DNA of 64,000 nt from assembly GCF_009914755.1 (NCBI RefSeq), contig NC_060947.1, one strand, 5' to 3'. Made by a program: the position numbers and the translations under genes. The DNA is from the human T2T-CHM13v2.0 reference genome, Homo sapiens. The notes under the pieces are model-generated. The model made no database searches, had not been told where the DNA came from, and was given only the letters and a program-made list of their open reading frames with translations. The first letter of the stretch is position 1; every line of letters starts with the position of its first letter. Positions 38,761 to 58,396 of the stretch are shown here, in pieces.

Positions 38761-39054
<294 letters not shown>

Positions 39055-40185
39055 AAAAAGTTTACTCTCAATGTGTTATCTGTCCCAAACATAACCCAGG
39101 AAAACCCCTCCATGGGGCCCAGGGTCATTTTCCCCTTCCGGCTGACCTTTTGAGGTATGACAGCTTGATTTTATCCAGCTGCCATCATCTCAATGTTACA
39201 AGTATGTTTTAGTAATGGTCTGCATGTTTTATCATTGGGTTGAAGCTTTTCCCTGCAGGCAAGCAACAGCCACGACAGTTGGAAAAATCCTACTAGAAAA
39301 AATTGTCCCACTGTGGGGAGTCCCCTGTGAACTTCACAGTGACGGGGGATCATACTTTACTGGCCAGGTTACTCAAAATATTTGTAAAATTTGGCCCATA
39401 TTTCAACATTTCCATTGTGCCACCATCCCCAGTCTTCAGGCCTGGTGGAGAGGACCAATGGAATAATTAAAACACAATTGGCTAAGTTCACAGAGGCATT
39501 TCACCTCCCCTGGCCCAAAGCACTACCCCTAGTGCTGCTTATACTACGATCCACTCCTTTTGGAAAACATCAACTGTCTCCTTATGAAATTATAACAGGA
39601 AGGCCCATGTGTATGGGAACGAACATAACCAATCCAACTTTTCTCCAGGGAGATATATTGCAATATTGTGAGGGACTCATTTATCATCTTAGAAAAAACC
39701 AAAATTTGTTAAAAAATTCCTTTCACGGTGCGCTCCCCGAAGATAAGGTGCCTGGTCATCTGCAACCTGGAGATTTCATCTATTGGAAAAGACATCTAAT
39801 AAAGGATTCCCTTCAACCCTGATGGAAGGGCCCGTACCAGGCACTACTGACTAATCCATGTACTGCAAAATTAAAGAGTATAGATTCATGGATTCACATC
39901 TCTCATCTTAAAAAGGCACAACCTCCTGAGTGGACTGTAACTCCCACCAAAGACCTTCACCTCCGGTTCACTAAACATCAACCTGCAACCCAGGATTAGA
40001 AGCAGACAACAGCTGTTGTGGACTGCTTAAACCCAAGACACAGAACCAGGCCTGTATACAAAGGGAACGCCTCTGTTTATTGTACAGTAACCATTACAAT
40101 TATTGTCCTAGATATACCGGCAACTGCTGTCTTATAAATGACAGGGCACTTGCCTTGTCTGATTTAACACCATTTAGTAACTAAA

Positions 40186-41500
40186 ATGAATTTCGCAACC
40201 TTGCTATTATTAATCCTATATCCCTACACTTTCTTGCCACTGCCACCCACTGATGCCCATGAAACAAACCTGTTTCTACAATGGGCTCAGCATTATGCAG
40301 ACAGATTACAAAGAACACCTGCTGGATATGCAGACTCATGCCTCTTTCCAGTGGCTCCAGCCTGCCATGGTGGATATCCCCCTTCCAAGGTCAGGACTGG
40401 ATAGAATACCAAAAATTTATCACATCACAGAAATGGTCTGGTATTCTTAGTGCTGGGATAACAAAAGACAATACATACAATTGGCCCATTAAAAACACTC
40501 TTAAGAACAAGGGACATGGGAAAAGATTTTGAATGGAAAGGACCAGGTCATTAGCTCTCACTTTAGCATCCCCCCAGCTAAAACAGAAGGTGGTAACCAC
40601 ACCCCAAACAACAGCTCATTTTCAAAATGGAATAATGCAAATTTGGGCTGGATTTATCTGGCTCACCCGTTCGTCTGGCCAACTCAGCCAAAATGCTCCT
40701 CTGTGCTGGGAGAAAGAAACCATATCAAGGACCTATGGCCAAACAGTACGAGAGATACGGGGTGGACACCTGGAGAATGCTGTGACCACATTATCATATT
40801 ACAAGACGCTGACTGGAATGCCACCGATTGGGTGCAGCAATCAGGTATTTATTGGATAGCTCCAAATGGGACATATTGGCTATGTGGCACTAACTTATGG
40901 CCGTGGTTACCTCTAGGGTAGTTAGGATGATGTTCCCTAGGTTATGCTTGGGCACAAGACACGTAATCCAGACCCTGCCAAAACCAGCAAACCTTTTTCA
41001 TTTACAATTTCATTGGACATGTTAGGTATTCCAATGGTATGATCACTTAGCTTTAATCTTTGTACCACAGACAGGTATTGAAGATGTTATATGGCATATA
41101 GAGGCCTTACCCAATTACATCCAAAAGGCCCTGAATGATAGCCACATGAGTATTGCCTTGCTAAGCAATGAGGTCATGCTTATGAGGAAAGTTGTGCTAT
41201 ACAACCATATGGCTTTAGATATACTCATTGCAGCACAAGGGGGGACCTGTGCCGTCATAAAAACTGAATGTTGTGTGTATATTCAGATGAATTGAAGAAC
41301 ATAACTCGATTTATGACTGATATGAAAACCCAGATAACCAACCTGTCAGATCTAAAACCCTCACTAATCAATTGGTTGAGTAGTTGGTTTGGATCCTGGG
41401 GAACTTGGTGGCAGAAGCTACTGCTTATAATAGGAATAATAATAATTTGTGTTCTGTCCTGTTTCTGCTACAATGTTGTTACGGTATGTGCTTGCAAATA
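40186..41500 (+). pseudogene. env pseudogene, envR(b)/ERVPABLB-like
   Basis: Signal peptide, NLFLQWAQHYAD, CWIC, LPWWISPFQGQDW, APNGTYWLC, immunosuppressive domain and CX6CC (LYNHMALDILIAAQGGTCAVIKTECC), TM segment; frameshifts and stops. Confidence 0.88.
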
Positions 41501-42146
41501 AGTTAATGCACAACTGAAAGGGCTGGGGTAATAATTGCCCAGAGAATTGCTTTAATTGAGGAAGCAGTAATATAGCTTGACCCAGCTTCAAGGTTTGCTT
41601 TCCTTTTGTTGCTATAAATATGACCTAGGTCCCTATATATATATTTTTTTCTTTTTCTTTTTTCCTTTCCTTTTTCCTTTTTTCCTCTCCCTTTTTTTTT
41701 TTAAATATTCGTGGGACACAATTTCCTAGGAATGAGCCTTCCTAGCGACAATGGGCGTGACTTCCTAGGAATGAGCCTTCCTGGTGATGTGGGACCTAAA
41801 CTTCTAGAAATAAACTATCCTAGCAACAGGAAACCAGTTCAGAAAAGGGAGGAAAAAGCAACCTGTAGCCAAGAACCCATATTCCTTTTAAAATGCTTCC
41901 TTCAAAAGATTTTAAATAAAAAAAGAGGGGAAACCTGAAAGGAAATTAAATTTTGGGACCCCCCAAACTCATTTAGCAAAAGGCAAAAGTCAAAATGGGA
42001 ACTGGGTCATCCAAACCTGCCTCCCCCTTTTGGTTCCTCAATAAAATTGTTACAAGATGAAAAGCTACATGTCTCCTCCATATTTTGCCCACAGAGAAAT
42101 TTCTAGTGAGTTGTTAAAATTTCACCATGGCAATGCAAATCGATAG

Positions 42147-43365
<1,219 letters not shown>

Positions 43366-43643
43366 TTCTATGTTATCTTATATTTAAAAAATGCAGATTT
43401 GCTGAACCAGACAAAGGCATGAATGACTATTTTTCCCTACCCCCTCTTACATGAAAATTGTTTACTTCTCAATATCCTACCCTTTCCCCTTTAAATTTGA
43501 AGCCCTCAAAATCACCTTCGGAGAAAGGCATAGACCTGTCTCCTGGGCACGTCCTTAACTTTGGCAAATAAATCTAAAATCATTGGGACTTATTTCATCA
43601 TTTTTCTCAATTGACAAAACATTTAAAAAATAATACAGACTGG

Positions 43644-47140
<3,497 letters not shown>

Positions 47141-50100
47141 TTATAGTATTACAGACTGGCTACAATAACTTTATAGGAAGTCTGAAAAATACTCAAAGTT
47201 CTATAGCAACCAAGCAAACACCTAGTCAAGAAAACGATACAGTCAAAATGGTTAGAAATTTTGTGACATTTTTACTTGCCTGTACCCCATCCTTCCCTCC
47301 TGGCACACCTGGGGAAGCAGCAGCCCTGCTCCCAATTCCCTCCCTGGAACCCCAGAGAGAGGAAAGTGGACTTTATTTGCAACATTCTAACCTGTCAAGG
47401 GGCTGCCTGAGGTACTGGTCTCTGTTTTACCTAATTCGGAGGTCAGACAGGGAAAAGCAACATGGCTGGATACTCAGGCTCAGGAAAAGCCACAGGAAAT
47501 GATGGGCACTACTCATGAACACTGCAGGGGGCCTACAAACTCACAGATACCTGGAGCAAGAGATCAGAAGTAGAAGAATACAATAGAACATCTAAGCCCA
47601 CCTTCTGAGAAGCAGAGGTGAGACTCTTTAGGAAATTGAGACATTTTAAGCAGTCATGCATTCAAGGGAACTGGAAAACAACAACAACAACAACAACAAC
47701 AGATACCCAGGCCAAGGCAAAATGCATAGCCAAAAGAGGTCTAAGAAGACCTTAAGACCTCACATGGGGCTGATCCCAAAGCTGACAGCATGCCCTGCTA
47801 ATTAGTGAAGGTCTTCCCTGGCACAGAACCTACTTGTAATGACTAGCAGAGGTGGCTGTTTTTTTGAATGATCAATTTTAAAAATGAACAAAAAAATAAC
47901 AAACCATGCAAAGAAACAGGAAAATATGGCCCATTCAAAGGAAGATAATAAACTGTCAGAAACTGTCCCTGAAGAAACACAAGCATCAGAAGTACTAGAC
48001 AAAGACAAAATGTCTTAAATATGCTCAAAGAGCTAAATGAAAACTCAAAGAACTAAAGGAAATGAGAAAAATGACACATAAACAAAAGAGAATATTAACA
48101 AAGAGAAACTATAAAAAGGAACCAAACAGAAATTCTGGAGCTGAAAATACAGTATCTGAATTGAAAAACGCCTAGAGGGATTCAACAGTAGATTCAAACA
48201 GGAAGAAAAAAGAATCAGTGAACTTGAAGATAAGTCCTTTGAAATTATTGAATCTGAAGACCAAATAATAATAATAATAATTAAGAAAAGTGGACAGAGA
48301 CTAAGAGACCTATGGGATACCATCAAGCTAACCAATATATGCATTACAGAAATCTCAGATGGTGACGGGATAAAGAAAGGAGCAGAGGAACTATTTGAAA
48401 AAATAATGGCTGAAAACTTCCCAAATTTGAGGAAAGGCATTGATTCACAAATCCAAAAATCTTGCTGATCTCCAGGTAGGATAAACCCAAAGCAGTACAT
48501 ACCAAGACACATTATATTCTAACAAAAGCCAAAGACATGGAACACTGCAGGGGGACTACAGACTCACAGAAACCGGGGGCAAGAGATCAGAGGTAAAGGA
48601 ATACAATACAAAGTCTAAGGCCCCCTCAAGAATCTTGAAAGAAGCAAGAGAAAAGTAACTCATCATGCACAATGGATCTTCAATAACATTATCAGTGGAT
48701 TTCTCAGCAAAAACCTTGAAGGACACAAGGAATTGAATACCATATTTAAAGGAAATTTTTTAATTGTTATTTTTCCATAAGTTATTGGAGTTCAGGTGGT
48801 ATTTGGTTACGAGTAAGTTATTTAATGGTGATTTGTGAGATTTTGGTGACCTGTCACCGAAGCAGTATACACTGCACTGTATTTGTAGTCTTTCATCCCT
48901 CACCCACCTCCCACTCTTCCCTCCAAGTCCCCAAAGTCCATTGTATCATTCTTATGCTTTTGTGTCCTCATAGCTTAGCTCCCGCATATCAGTGAGAACA
49001 CGTGATGCTTGGTTTTCCATTCCTGAGTTACTTCACTTAGAATAATAGTCTCCAATCTCATCCAGGTCACTGCAAATGCTGCTAATTCATTCCTTTTTAT
49101 GGCTGCACAGTATTCCATCATATATATATACCACAGTTTCTTTATCCACTTGTTGATTGCTGGGCATTTGGGTTGGTTCCATGATTTTGCAATTGTGAAT
49201 TGTGCCGCTATAAACATACATATGCAAGTTATCTTTTTTGAATAATGACTTCTTTTCCTCTGGGTAGACACCCAGTAGTGGGATTGCTGGATCAAATGGT
49301 AGTTCACTTTTAGTTCTTTAAGGAATCTCCACACTATTTTCCATAGTGGCTGTAGTAGTTTACTTTCCACCAGCAGTGTGGAAGTGTTCCCTGTTTACCA
49401 CATCCACACCAACGTCTACTGTTTTTTTTATTATGGCCATTCTTGCAGGAGTAAGGAGGTATTGCATTGTGGTTTTGATTTGCATTTCCCTGATCATTAG
49501 TGATGTTGAGCATTTTTTCGCCATTTGTGTATCTTTTGAGAATTGTCTATTCATCTCCTTAGTCCACTTTTTGATGGGATTGTGGGTTTTTCTTTCTTAT
49601 TGATTTGTTTGAGTTCGTTGTAGATTCTGGATATTAGTCCTTTGTCAGATGTATAGATTCTGAAGCTTTTCTCCCACTCTGTGGGTTGTCTGTTTACTCT
49701 GCTGACTGTTCCTTTTCTGTGCAAAAGCTCTTTAGTTTAATTAGATCCCAGCTATTTATCTTTTTATTGCATTTGCTTTTGGGTTCTTGGTCATGAAACC
49801 CTTGCTGAAGCCAATGTCTAGAAGGGTTTTTCCAATGTTATCTTCTAGAATTTTTATAGTTTCAGGTCTTAGGTTTAAGTCCTTAATCCATCTTGAGTTG
49901 ATTTTTGTATAAGGTGAGAGATGAGGATCCATTGTCATTCTCCTACATGTGGCTAGCCAATTACCCCAGCACCATTTGTTGAAAAAGGTGCCCTTTTCCC
50001 ACTTTGTTTTTGTTTGCTTTGTTGAAGATCAGTTGGCTCTAAGTATTTGGGTTTATTTCTGGGTTCTCTATTCTGTTCCATTGGTCTACGTGCCTATTTT

Positions 50101-50666
50101 TATACCAGTACCACATTGTTTTGGTGACTATGGCCTTATAGTATAGTTTGAAATCAGCTAGTGTGATGCCTCCACATTTGTCCTTTTTGCTTAGTCTTCC
50201 TTTGGCTATGCGGGCTCTTTTTTGGTTCCATATGATTTTGGGAATTGTTTTTTCTAATTCTGTGAAGAATGATGGTGGTATTCTGATAGAGATTGCATTG
50301 AATTTGTAGATGGCTTTTGGCAGTATGGTCATTTTCACAATATTAATTCTACCCATCCATGAGCATGGGAGATGTTTCCATTTGTTTGTGTCATATATGA
50401 TTTCTTACAGCAGTGTTTGTAGTTTTCCTTGTAAAGGTCTTTTAACTCATTGGTTAGGTATATTCTTAAGTGTTTTTTTTTTTTTTTTTTGCAACTATTG
50501 CAAAAGGGGTTGAGTTCTTGATTTGATTCTCTGCTTGGTTGCTGTTGGTGTATAGAAGAGCTACTTATTTGTGTACATTAATCTTGTATGCAGAAATTTT
50601 GCTGAATTCTTTTATCAGTTCTAGGAGCTTTCTGGAGGAGTCTTTAGGGGTTTCAAGGTAAATGAC

Positions 50667-51163
50667 TGCTATATATAAAGTTTCAGTGGCACAAAAGAAA
50701 TAGCACTCAAATATAAAATTTTCTTTTTAATTCTCAGCAAGGCTAGTTACTTCTCTATAGAAGGGTGTGCCCTTACAGATGGAACAATGGTGAGCGCACA
50801 CTTGGACGAGGGGAAGGGATTCTTATCCCTGACACACATGGCCCCTGCTGCTGTTGTTCCCCTATTGGCTAGGGTCAGACCGAACAGACTAAACTAATTC
50901 CGACCAACTAATTTAAAGAGAATGACGGGGTGAGTGCTTTGGAGGGAGTCAGGGCAGAGCAGGTAGCAGGTAAATGGAATGAGTTAGGGTGGAGCAGGTG
51001 ATTGGAATGTAGGGTGGAGCAGGTGATCAGAATGAGTCAGGGTGGAGTAGGTAACCGAAAAAGGTTGCTTTACGAGGAAGTTAAGTTTAAAAGTAGAAGG
51101 CAAAGAATTGAACATACTGACATATTAATTCTTCGAAAAGAAATTTAGAACTCATATCTAACA
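50667..51163 (-). mobile_element. Solo LTR10F-like (HERV-I group) LTR
   Basis: Minus strand starts TGTTAGATATGAGTTCTAAATTTC; internal AGGGTGGAGCAGGT repeats; TSD TGAC/TGAT within L1 ORF2. Confidence 0.85.
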
Positions 51164-52096
51164 TGATCATATCATCAGCAAACAGTGACAGTTTGACTTC
51201 CTCTTTACCAATTGGATGCCCTTTATTTCTTTCTCTTGTCTGACTGCTTTGGCTAGGACTTCCAGTACTATGTTGAAGAGGAGTGGTGAGAGTGGGCATG
51301 CTTGTCTTGTTCCAGTTCTCAGAGGGAATGGTTTCAACTTTTCCTCAATCAGTATTATGTTGGCTGTGGGTTTGTCATAGATGGATTTTATTACATTAAG
51401 GTATGTCCCTTGTATGCCGATTTTACTCAGAGTTTTAATCATATAGGAATGCTGGGTTTCGTCAAATGCTTTTTCTGCATGTATTGTGATGATCATGTGA
51501 TTTTTGTTTTTAATTCTGTTTATGTGGTGTATAACATTTATTGACTTGTGTAGGTAAAACCATCCCTGCGTCCCTGGTACAAAACTTACTTGATCATGGT
51601 GGATTATCTTTTTGATATGTTGTTAGAACTGGTTAGCTAGTATTTTGTTGAGGATTTTAGCATCTGTGTTCATCAAAAATATTGGTCTGTAATTGTCTTT
51701 TTTGGTTATGTTCTTTGCTGGTTTTGGTATTAGGATGATGCTGGCTTCATAGAATGAATTAGGGAGGGTTCCTTCTTTCTCTGTCTTGTAAAATAGTGTC
51801 AAAAGGATTGATACCAATTCTTTGAATGTCTGCTAGAAGTCTGCTGTGAATCCGTCTGGTCCTGGACTTTTTTTTGTTGGTAATTTTCTTAATTACCATT
51901 TCAATCTCACTGCTTGTTGTTGGTCTGTTCAGGGTATCTTATCCTTCCTGATTTAAACTAGGAGGGTTGTATTTTTCCACGAATTTATCCATCTCTTCTG
52001 GGTTTTCTAGTTTATGTGCATAAAGGTATTCATAGCAGCCTTGAATGATCTTCTGTTTCTGTGGTGTCAGTTGTAATATCTCCCATTTCATTTCTT

Positions 52097-52395
52097 TCCT
52101 TTTTTTTTTTTTTGAGATGGAGTCTCACTCTGTCCCCCAGGCTGGAGTGCAGTGGTGCCATCTCAGCTCACTGCAACCTCCACTCCTGGGTTCACGCCAT
52201 TCTCCTGCCTCAGCCTCCCGAGTAGCTGGGACTACGGGCACCCACCACCACGCCCAGCTAATTTTTTTTCTGTTTTTAGTAGAGACAGGGTTTCACTGTG
52301 TTAGCCAGGATGGTCTCGATCTCCTGACCCCATGATCCGCCCACCTCAGCCTCCCAAAGTGCTGGGATTACAGGTGTGAGCCACCGCACCCGGCC
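52097..52395 (-). mobile_element. AluY-like SINE
   Basis: GGTTCACGCCATTCTCC and TTAGCCAGGATGGTCTCGATC; TSD TCCCATTTCATTTCTT / TCCCGTCTCATTTCTT. Confidence 0.95.
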
Positions 52396-55300
52396 CTCTC
52401 CCGTCTCATTTCTTACTGAGCTTATTTGGATTTTCTCTCTTCTTTACTTGGTTAATCTTGCTAATGGTCTATCAATTTTATTTGTCTTTCAAAGAACCAG
52501 CTTTTCATTTCATTTACCTTCTGTATTTTTGTTCATTTCAATTTCACTTAGTTCTGCTCTGATCTTGGTGATTTCCTTTCTTCTGCTGGGTTTGGGTTTG
52601 GTTTGTTCTTGTTTCTCTAGTTCCTTGAGGTGTGACCTTAGATTGTCTGTTTGTGCTCTTTCAGACTTTTTGATGTAGGCGTTTAGGGCTATGAACTTTC
52701 CTCTTAGCACTGCCTTTGCTGAATCCCAGAGGTTTTGATAGTTGTGGCATTATTGTCATTCAGTTTGAAGAGTTTTTAAATTTCCATCTTGATTTCATTT
52801 TTGACCCAATGCTCATTCTGGACCAGGTTATTTAACTTCCATGTATTTGCATGGTTTTGAAGGTTCCCTTTGAAGTTGATTTCCAGTTTTATTCCACTGT
52901 GGTCTGAGAGAGTGTTTGATATAATTTCAATTTTCTTAAATGTATTGAAGCTCATTTTATGGCCTATCATATAGTCTATCTTGGAGAAAGTTCCATGTAT
53001 TGTTGAATAGAATGTTTTATTCTGCAGTTGTTGGATGAAATGTTCTGTATATATCTGTTAAGTCCAATTGTTCCAACGTATAGTTTAAATCCATTGTTTC
53101 TTTGTTGACTTTCTGCCTTGATGAACTGTCTATGGCTGTCAGTGGAGTAATGAAGTCCTCCATGATTATTGTGTTGCTATCTATCTCATTTCTTAGGTGT
53201 ATTAGTAACTGTTTTATTAATTTTGGAGTTCCAGTGTTAGGTGCCTATATGTTTAGGATTGTGATATTTTCCTGTTGGAAAGGCCTTTTACCATTATATA
53301 CTGTCCCTCTTTGTCTTTTGTAACTGCTATTGCTTCAAAGTTTGTTTTGTCTAAGAATAGCTACCCCTGCTCGTTTTTGGTGTCCATTTGCATGAAATGC
53401 CTTTTTCCACCCCTTTATTTTAAGTTTATGTGAGTCCTTATGTGTTAGGTGAGTCTCCTGAAGGCAGCAGATAGTTGGTTGGTGAGTTCTTATTCATTCT
53501 GCAGTTCTGTATCTTTTAAGCGGAGCATTTAGACCATTTATATTCAATGTTAATATTGAAATGTGAGGTACTGTTGCTTTCATCATGTTCTTTGTTGCTT
53601 GTGTACTTTGGTTTTTGTTGTTTTTGCTTTTTAACTTATATTTTTGTTTCATAGGTCCTCTATGATTTATGCTTTAAAGAAGTTCTGTTTTTATGTGTTT
53701 CCAGGATTTGTTTCAAGATTTAGAGATCCTTTTAGCAGTTCTTGTAATGGTGGTTTCCTAATGGCAAATTCTCTCAGCATTTGTTTGTCTGAAAATGACT
53801 GTATCTTTCCTTCATATATGATACTTAGTTTCTCTGGATACAAAATTCTTGGCTGATAATTATTTTGTTTGAGGAGGCTGAAGATAGGTCCCCGGTCCCT
53901 TCTTGCTTGTAGGGTTTCTGTTGAGAAATCTGCTGCTAATCTGATAGGCTTTCCTTTATAGGTAACCTGGTGCTTCTGTCTCACAGCTCTTAAGATTCTT
54001 TCCTTGGTCTTAAGTTTGGATAACCTGATGACAAAGTGCCTAGGTGAATATCTTTTTGCGATGAATTTCCCAGGTGTTCTTTGTGCTTCTTGTATTTGGA
54101 CATCTAGGTCTCTCGCAAGGCCAGGAAAGGTTTCCTCGATTATTCCCTTAAACATGTTTTCCAGGCTTTTAGAATTCTCTTCTTTCTCAGGTACACTGAT
54201 TATTCTTAAGTTTGGTCATTTAACATAATTCCAGATTTCTTGGAGGCTTTGTTCATATTTCCTTATTCTTTTTTCTTTGTCTTTGCTGGATGGGGTAATT
54301 CATAGACCTTAAAGCTCTGAATTTCTTTATTCTACTTGTTCAGTTCTATTGCTGAGACTTTCCAGAGAATTTCACATTTCTGAAAGTGTGTCCAAAGTTT
54401 CCTGAGTTTTTGACTGTGGTTTCTTTAAGCTATCTATTTCCATGAATATTTCTCCCTTCACTTCTTGTATCATTTTTTGAACTTCCTTGTATTGGGCTTC
54501 GCCTTTCTCTGGTCCCTCCCTGATTAGCTTAATAACTAACCTCCTGAATTCTTTTTCAGGTAAACCAGGTATTTCTTCTTGGTTTGGATCCATTGCTGGT
54601 GAAGTACTGTAATTTTTGGGGGGTGTGGAAGAGCCTTGTATTGTCATATTACTGGGTATCTCAGCCGTGGATACCAGCACCTGTTCCAATGGAGGTGGCG
54701 GAGGGTGCAATGGACTCCGTGAGGGTCTTTAGTTTTGGTGATTTAATGCTCTATTTTTGTGCTGGTTGGTCTCCTGCCAGGAAGTGGTGCTTTCCAGAAA
54801 GCATCAGCTGTAGTAGCGTGGAGAGGGACTGGTGGTGTGCAGGGCCCTAGAACTCCCAAGATTATATGCCCTTTGTTTTCCACTACGAGGGTGGATAGGG
54901 AAGGACCATCAGATGGGGGAAGGGCTAGGCGTGTCTGAACTCAGACTCTCCTTGGGTGGGTCTTGCTAAGGTTGCTGTGGAGGATGGGGGTGAGATTCCC
55001 AGGTCACTGGAGTTGTGCACCTAGGAGGATTATGGCTGTCTCTGCTGAGTCATGCAGGTTGTCAGGGAAGTGGGGGAAAGCCGGCAGTCACAGGCCTCAC
55101 CCAGCTCCCACACAAACTGAAGGGCAGGTCTCATTCCCACCGTGCCCTGACCAACAGCCCCAAGTCTGTTTCCATGCGGAGAGTGAGAAGGGCTTGAAAA
55201 CTTGCTCAAGGCTATCTGCCTCCCAGCTGTGAGAGAAAAGGGCTTTAATTCTTCTCCCTGCCTGTGAAGTATGCATGCCCAATTCACGCCCTCCGCTGAG

Positions 55301-57206
55301 TTCTGGCCAGGAGGCTTCTCGCCACATTCAAATTGTTACAAAGTTCAGCTAGAGAATTCCTTCTCCCTGTGGAGTTTCACCCCCTGCTCCTCTGGCCGAT
55401 GGATCCCTGTGGTGCCAGGCAGGAATGGGCTGCTTGGGTCCCAGCAAGTTCCTGGGTCCTCTACCTCTGTATTTCACTCGGCTCTCTAACTTGACTCAGC
55501 TCCAGGTAAAGCTGGAAACTTCACCTGCAAACAGACCTTCAGCCTCTCCAGTGGGGGTGTGTCTTCAGGAGAGGAGGGTCTACCTTTCCCACTTCCGCAG
55601 TTGGGAAACTCACAGGAATTTTTTTTTTTTAATGTCAACAGATAATTCTACATCTTGGAAAACTGCCCTTCAGAAATGAGGGACAAATTAAGACATTCCA
55701 AGATAAATAATAGTCAACATTGCATGGGAATTTTTGGCCAGAACAATTAGGCAAGACAGAAACAAAAGGCATCCAAATTGGAAAGGAAGAAGTAATATTA
55801 TCTCTGTTTGCAGAGGATATGATCTTACAGGTAGAACACTGTAAATATTTCCCCAAAATCACTGTTAGAACTAGTAAATGAATTCAGCAAAAATGCAGAA
55901 TACAAAATCAACACACAAAAATGAGTTATGTATCTATATTGGCATTAAACAATCTGAAGAGGAAATTAAGAAAACAATTCCATTTACAGTAGCATTGAAA
56001 ATAATAATATTCTTAGAAATAAACTTAACCAAAGAGGTGAAAGACTTGTACACAGAAAACTACAAAATGTTGCTGAAAGAAGCTAAAGAAGACACAAATA
56101 GATGGAAATACATCCCATATTAATGAGTTGGAAGACTTAAAATTGTTAAGATGTCAATACTACCCAAAGTGATCTACAAATTCAATGCAATCCCTATTAT
56201 TAAATAAAATCCTAATTATGTTTTTGCAGAAATAGAAAAATCAACCCTAAAATTCATATGGAAATTCAAGGAATCGCAAAGAACCAAAACAATTTCGAAA
56301 AAAAAAAATTTTTTTTAACTTGGTGGTCTCTCACTTCCTGATTTCAAAACTACAAGCTACAGTAATCAAAACCATGTGGCATAAAGACAGACATACAGAC
56401 TAATGGAATAATAAAGAGCCCAGAAATAAACCCTTGCATATATGGTCAAATAATTCTCAACAAGGGTGCCAAGACCATCCAATGGGGAAAAGAAAGTCTT
56501 TTCAACAAATGGTGCTGGGAAAACTGTATGTCCACATAGAAAAAAATGAAGTTGGACCCTTACCTTGCACCATGCAAAAATTAATTCAAATTCAAATTAG
56601 ATTAAAGACCTAAATGTAAGAGCTAAAACTATAAAACTCTTAGAAGAAAACATAGGGGGAAATTTTCGTAACAAGATTTAGCAAAGATTTCTTGTATCTG
56701 ATACCAAAAGTACAGGCAACAATTTAAAATTATATGAGTTGGACTCCATCAAAATTAAAAACTTTTGTATATCAAAGGACACTATCAGCAGAGTGAAAAG
56801 GCAACCCACAGAATAGGAGAAAATATTTGCATATCATATATGTGATAAGGGACTAATATCCAGAATATATAAAGAACTCCTATGACTCAACAACAAAAAA
56901 AACAAACAACCTGATTTAAAAATGGGCAAAGAACCTGAACTTCAAAGAAGTTATACAAATGACCAGTAAACATATGAAAAGATGTTCAACATCACTAACC
57001 ACTAGAGAAATACAAATCAAAACCATAATGAAATACCATTTCACACCCCCTAGGATGGCTGTTATAAAAAACAGAAAATAACAAATGTTGGCAAGGATAT
57101 GGAGAAATTGGAACTCTTGTGCATTGCTGTAGGAATGTAAAATGGTGCAACCACTGTCAAAAAGAGTATGACAGTTTCTCAACAGATCAAACATAAAATT
57201 ACCATG

Positions 57207-57705
57207 TATATTAGTCAAGGTTCTCCACAGAGACAAAACCAATAGGCTATATATAGAGAGAAAGATACAAGAGGGGATTTATTAGGGGAATTGGCTCATG
57301 TGATTATGGAGGCTGATAAGTCCCACAACAGGCTTTCTGCAAATTGGAGACCTTAGAATGCCAGTAGCATGGCCCCATTCAAGTCTGAAGGCATGAGAAC
57401 CCAGGGGGCTGCTAGAGTCCAAAGGATAAAGAGCCTGGAGTGCTGATGTCTAAGGGCAGGAGAAGAGTGTATCCCACCTGCAAGAGCGAGAAAAATCTCT
57501 CTGCTATTTTTGTTCTATCCTGGCTCCAGCTGATTAGATGGTGCCTGCCCACATTGAGGGCAAATCTTCCCCACTTAGTCCACTCACACTCACATGCCAA
57601 TATCCTCTGTAAACACACTCACAGAAACACCAAAAAATAATGCTTCACCTGTTCTCTAGTTATTCCTTAATCCAGACAAGTTGACACCTAAAACTAATCA
57701 TCACA
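57207..57705 (-). mobile_element. Solo MLT2 LTR
   Basis: MLT2 termini; 5-bp TSD CCATG at 57202-57206 and 57706-57710. Confidence 0.9.
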
Positions 57706-58269
57706 CCATGGGACCTAGCAATTCCACTTCTGGGCACAAAAGAACTGAAAGCCGGGACTCAAAGAGATACTTGTATACCCATGTTCATAGCAGTATGATT
57801 CACAATGGCCAAAAGGTGAAAGCAACCCAAGTGTCCATTAACAGATGAATAAACAAAATGTGTATTTATATATAATATATATACAATAAAATATTCAGTC
57901 TTAAAAACTAAAGAAATTCTGACACATGGATAACATAGATGAACCTTAAAGACATTATGCTAAGTGAAATAAGTCAACCACAGAGGGACAAATATTGTAT
58001 GATTCTACTTACATGATGTACCTAGAGTAGTCAAATTCATAGAGACAGAAAGTAGAACAGTGGTTGTTAGGGGCTACGAGGAGGGGATGGGCAGTTAGCA
58101 TTTAATGGGTATGAAGTTTCATTTTGGGAAAATAAAAAAATTCTGGAGATGAATGGTGGAGACTGGCGCACAACAATATGAATGTACTTAATGACCCTGA
58201 ACTGTACACTTAAAAATGGCTAAAATGGTAAATTTTAAGTTATTTATATTTTACTACAAAAAAAAGGTA

Positions 58270-58370
58270 ACATACTAAAATGATCTCATGGGTTTTGTGA
58301 GAATCAAATGAGATCCATGTAGAGAAGCCTTGTAGTCTATATAGCCCTTCGCAAATGTTAGCTCTTCTTA
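58270..58370 (+). mobile_element. MIR, 3' half
   Basis: CTCATGGGTTTTGTGAGAATCAAATGAGAT...AAATGTTAGCT. Confidence 0.75.
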
Positions 58371-58396
58371 GTCATTATCACTCCATTTTCCCCAAT

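Larger units (their letters stand above)
48755..55612 (-). mobile_element. Near full-length L1PB-like LINE-1
   Basis: 3' UTR, ORF2 peptides, ORF1 (53691..54155, 54372..54710) and 5' UTR all present in order. Confidence 0.93.

Noticed and set aside
50940-51060. Spaced repeats (AGGGTGGAGCAGGT) resembling a CRISPR-like array
   Set aside because: Normal internal tandem repeats of LTR10-type LTRs, without unique spacers, in eukaryotic DNA.
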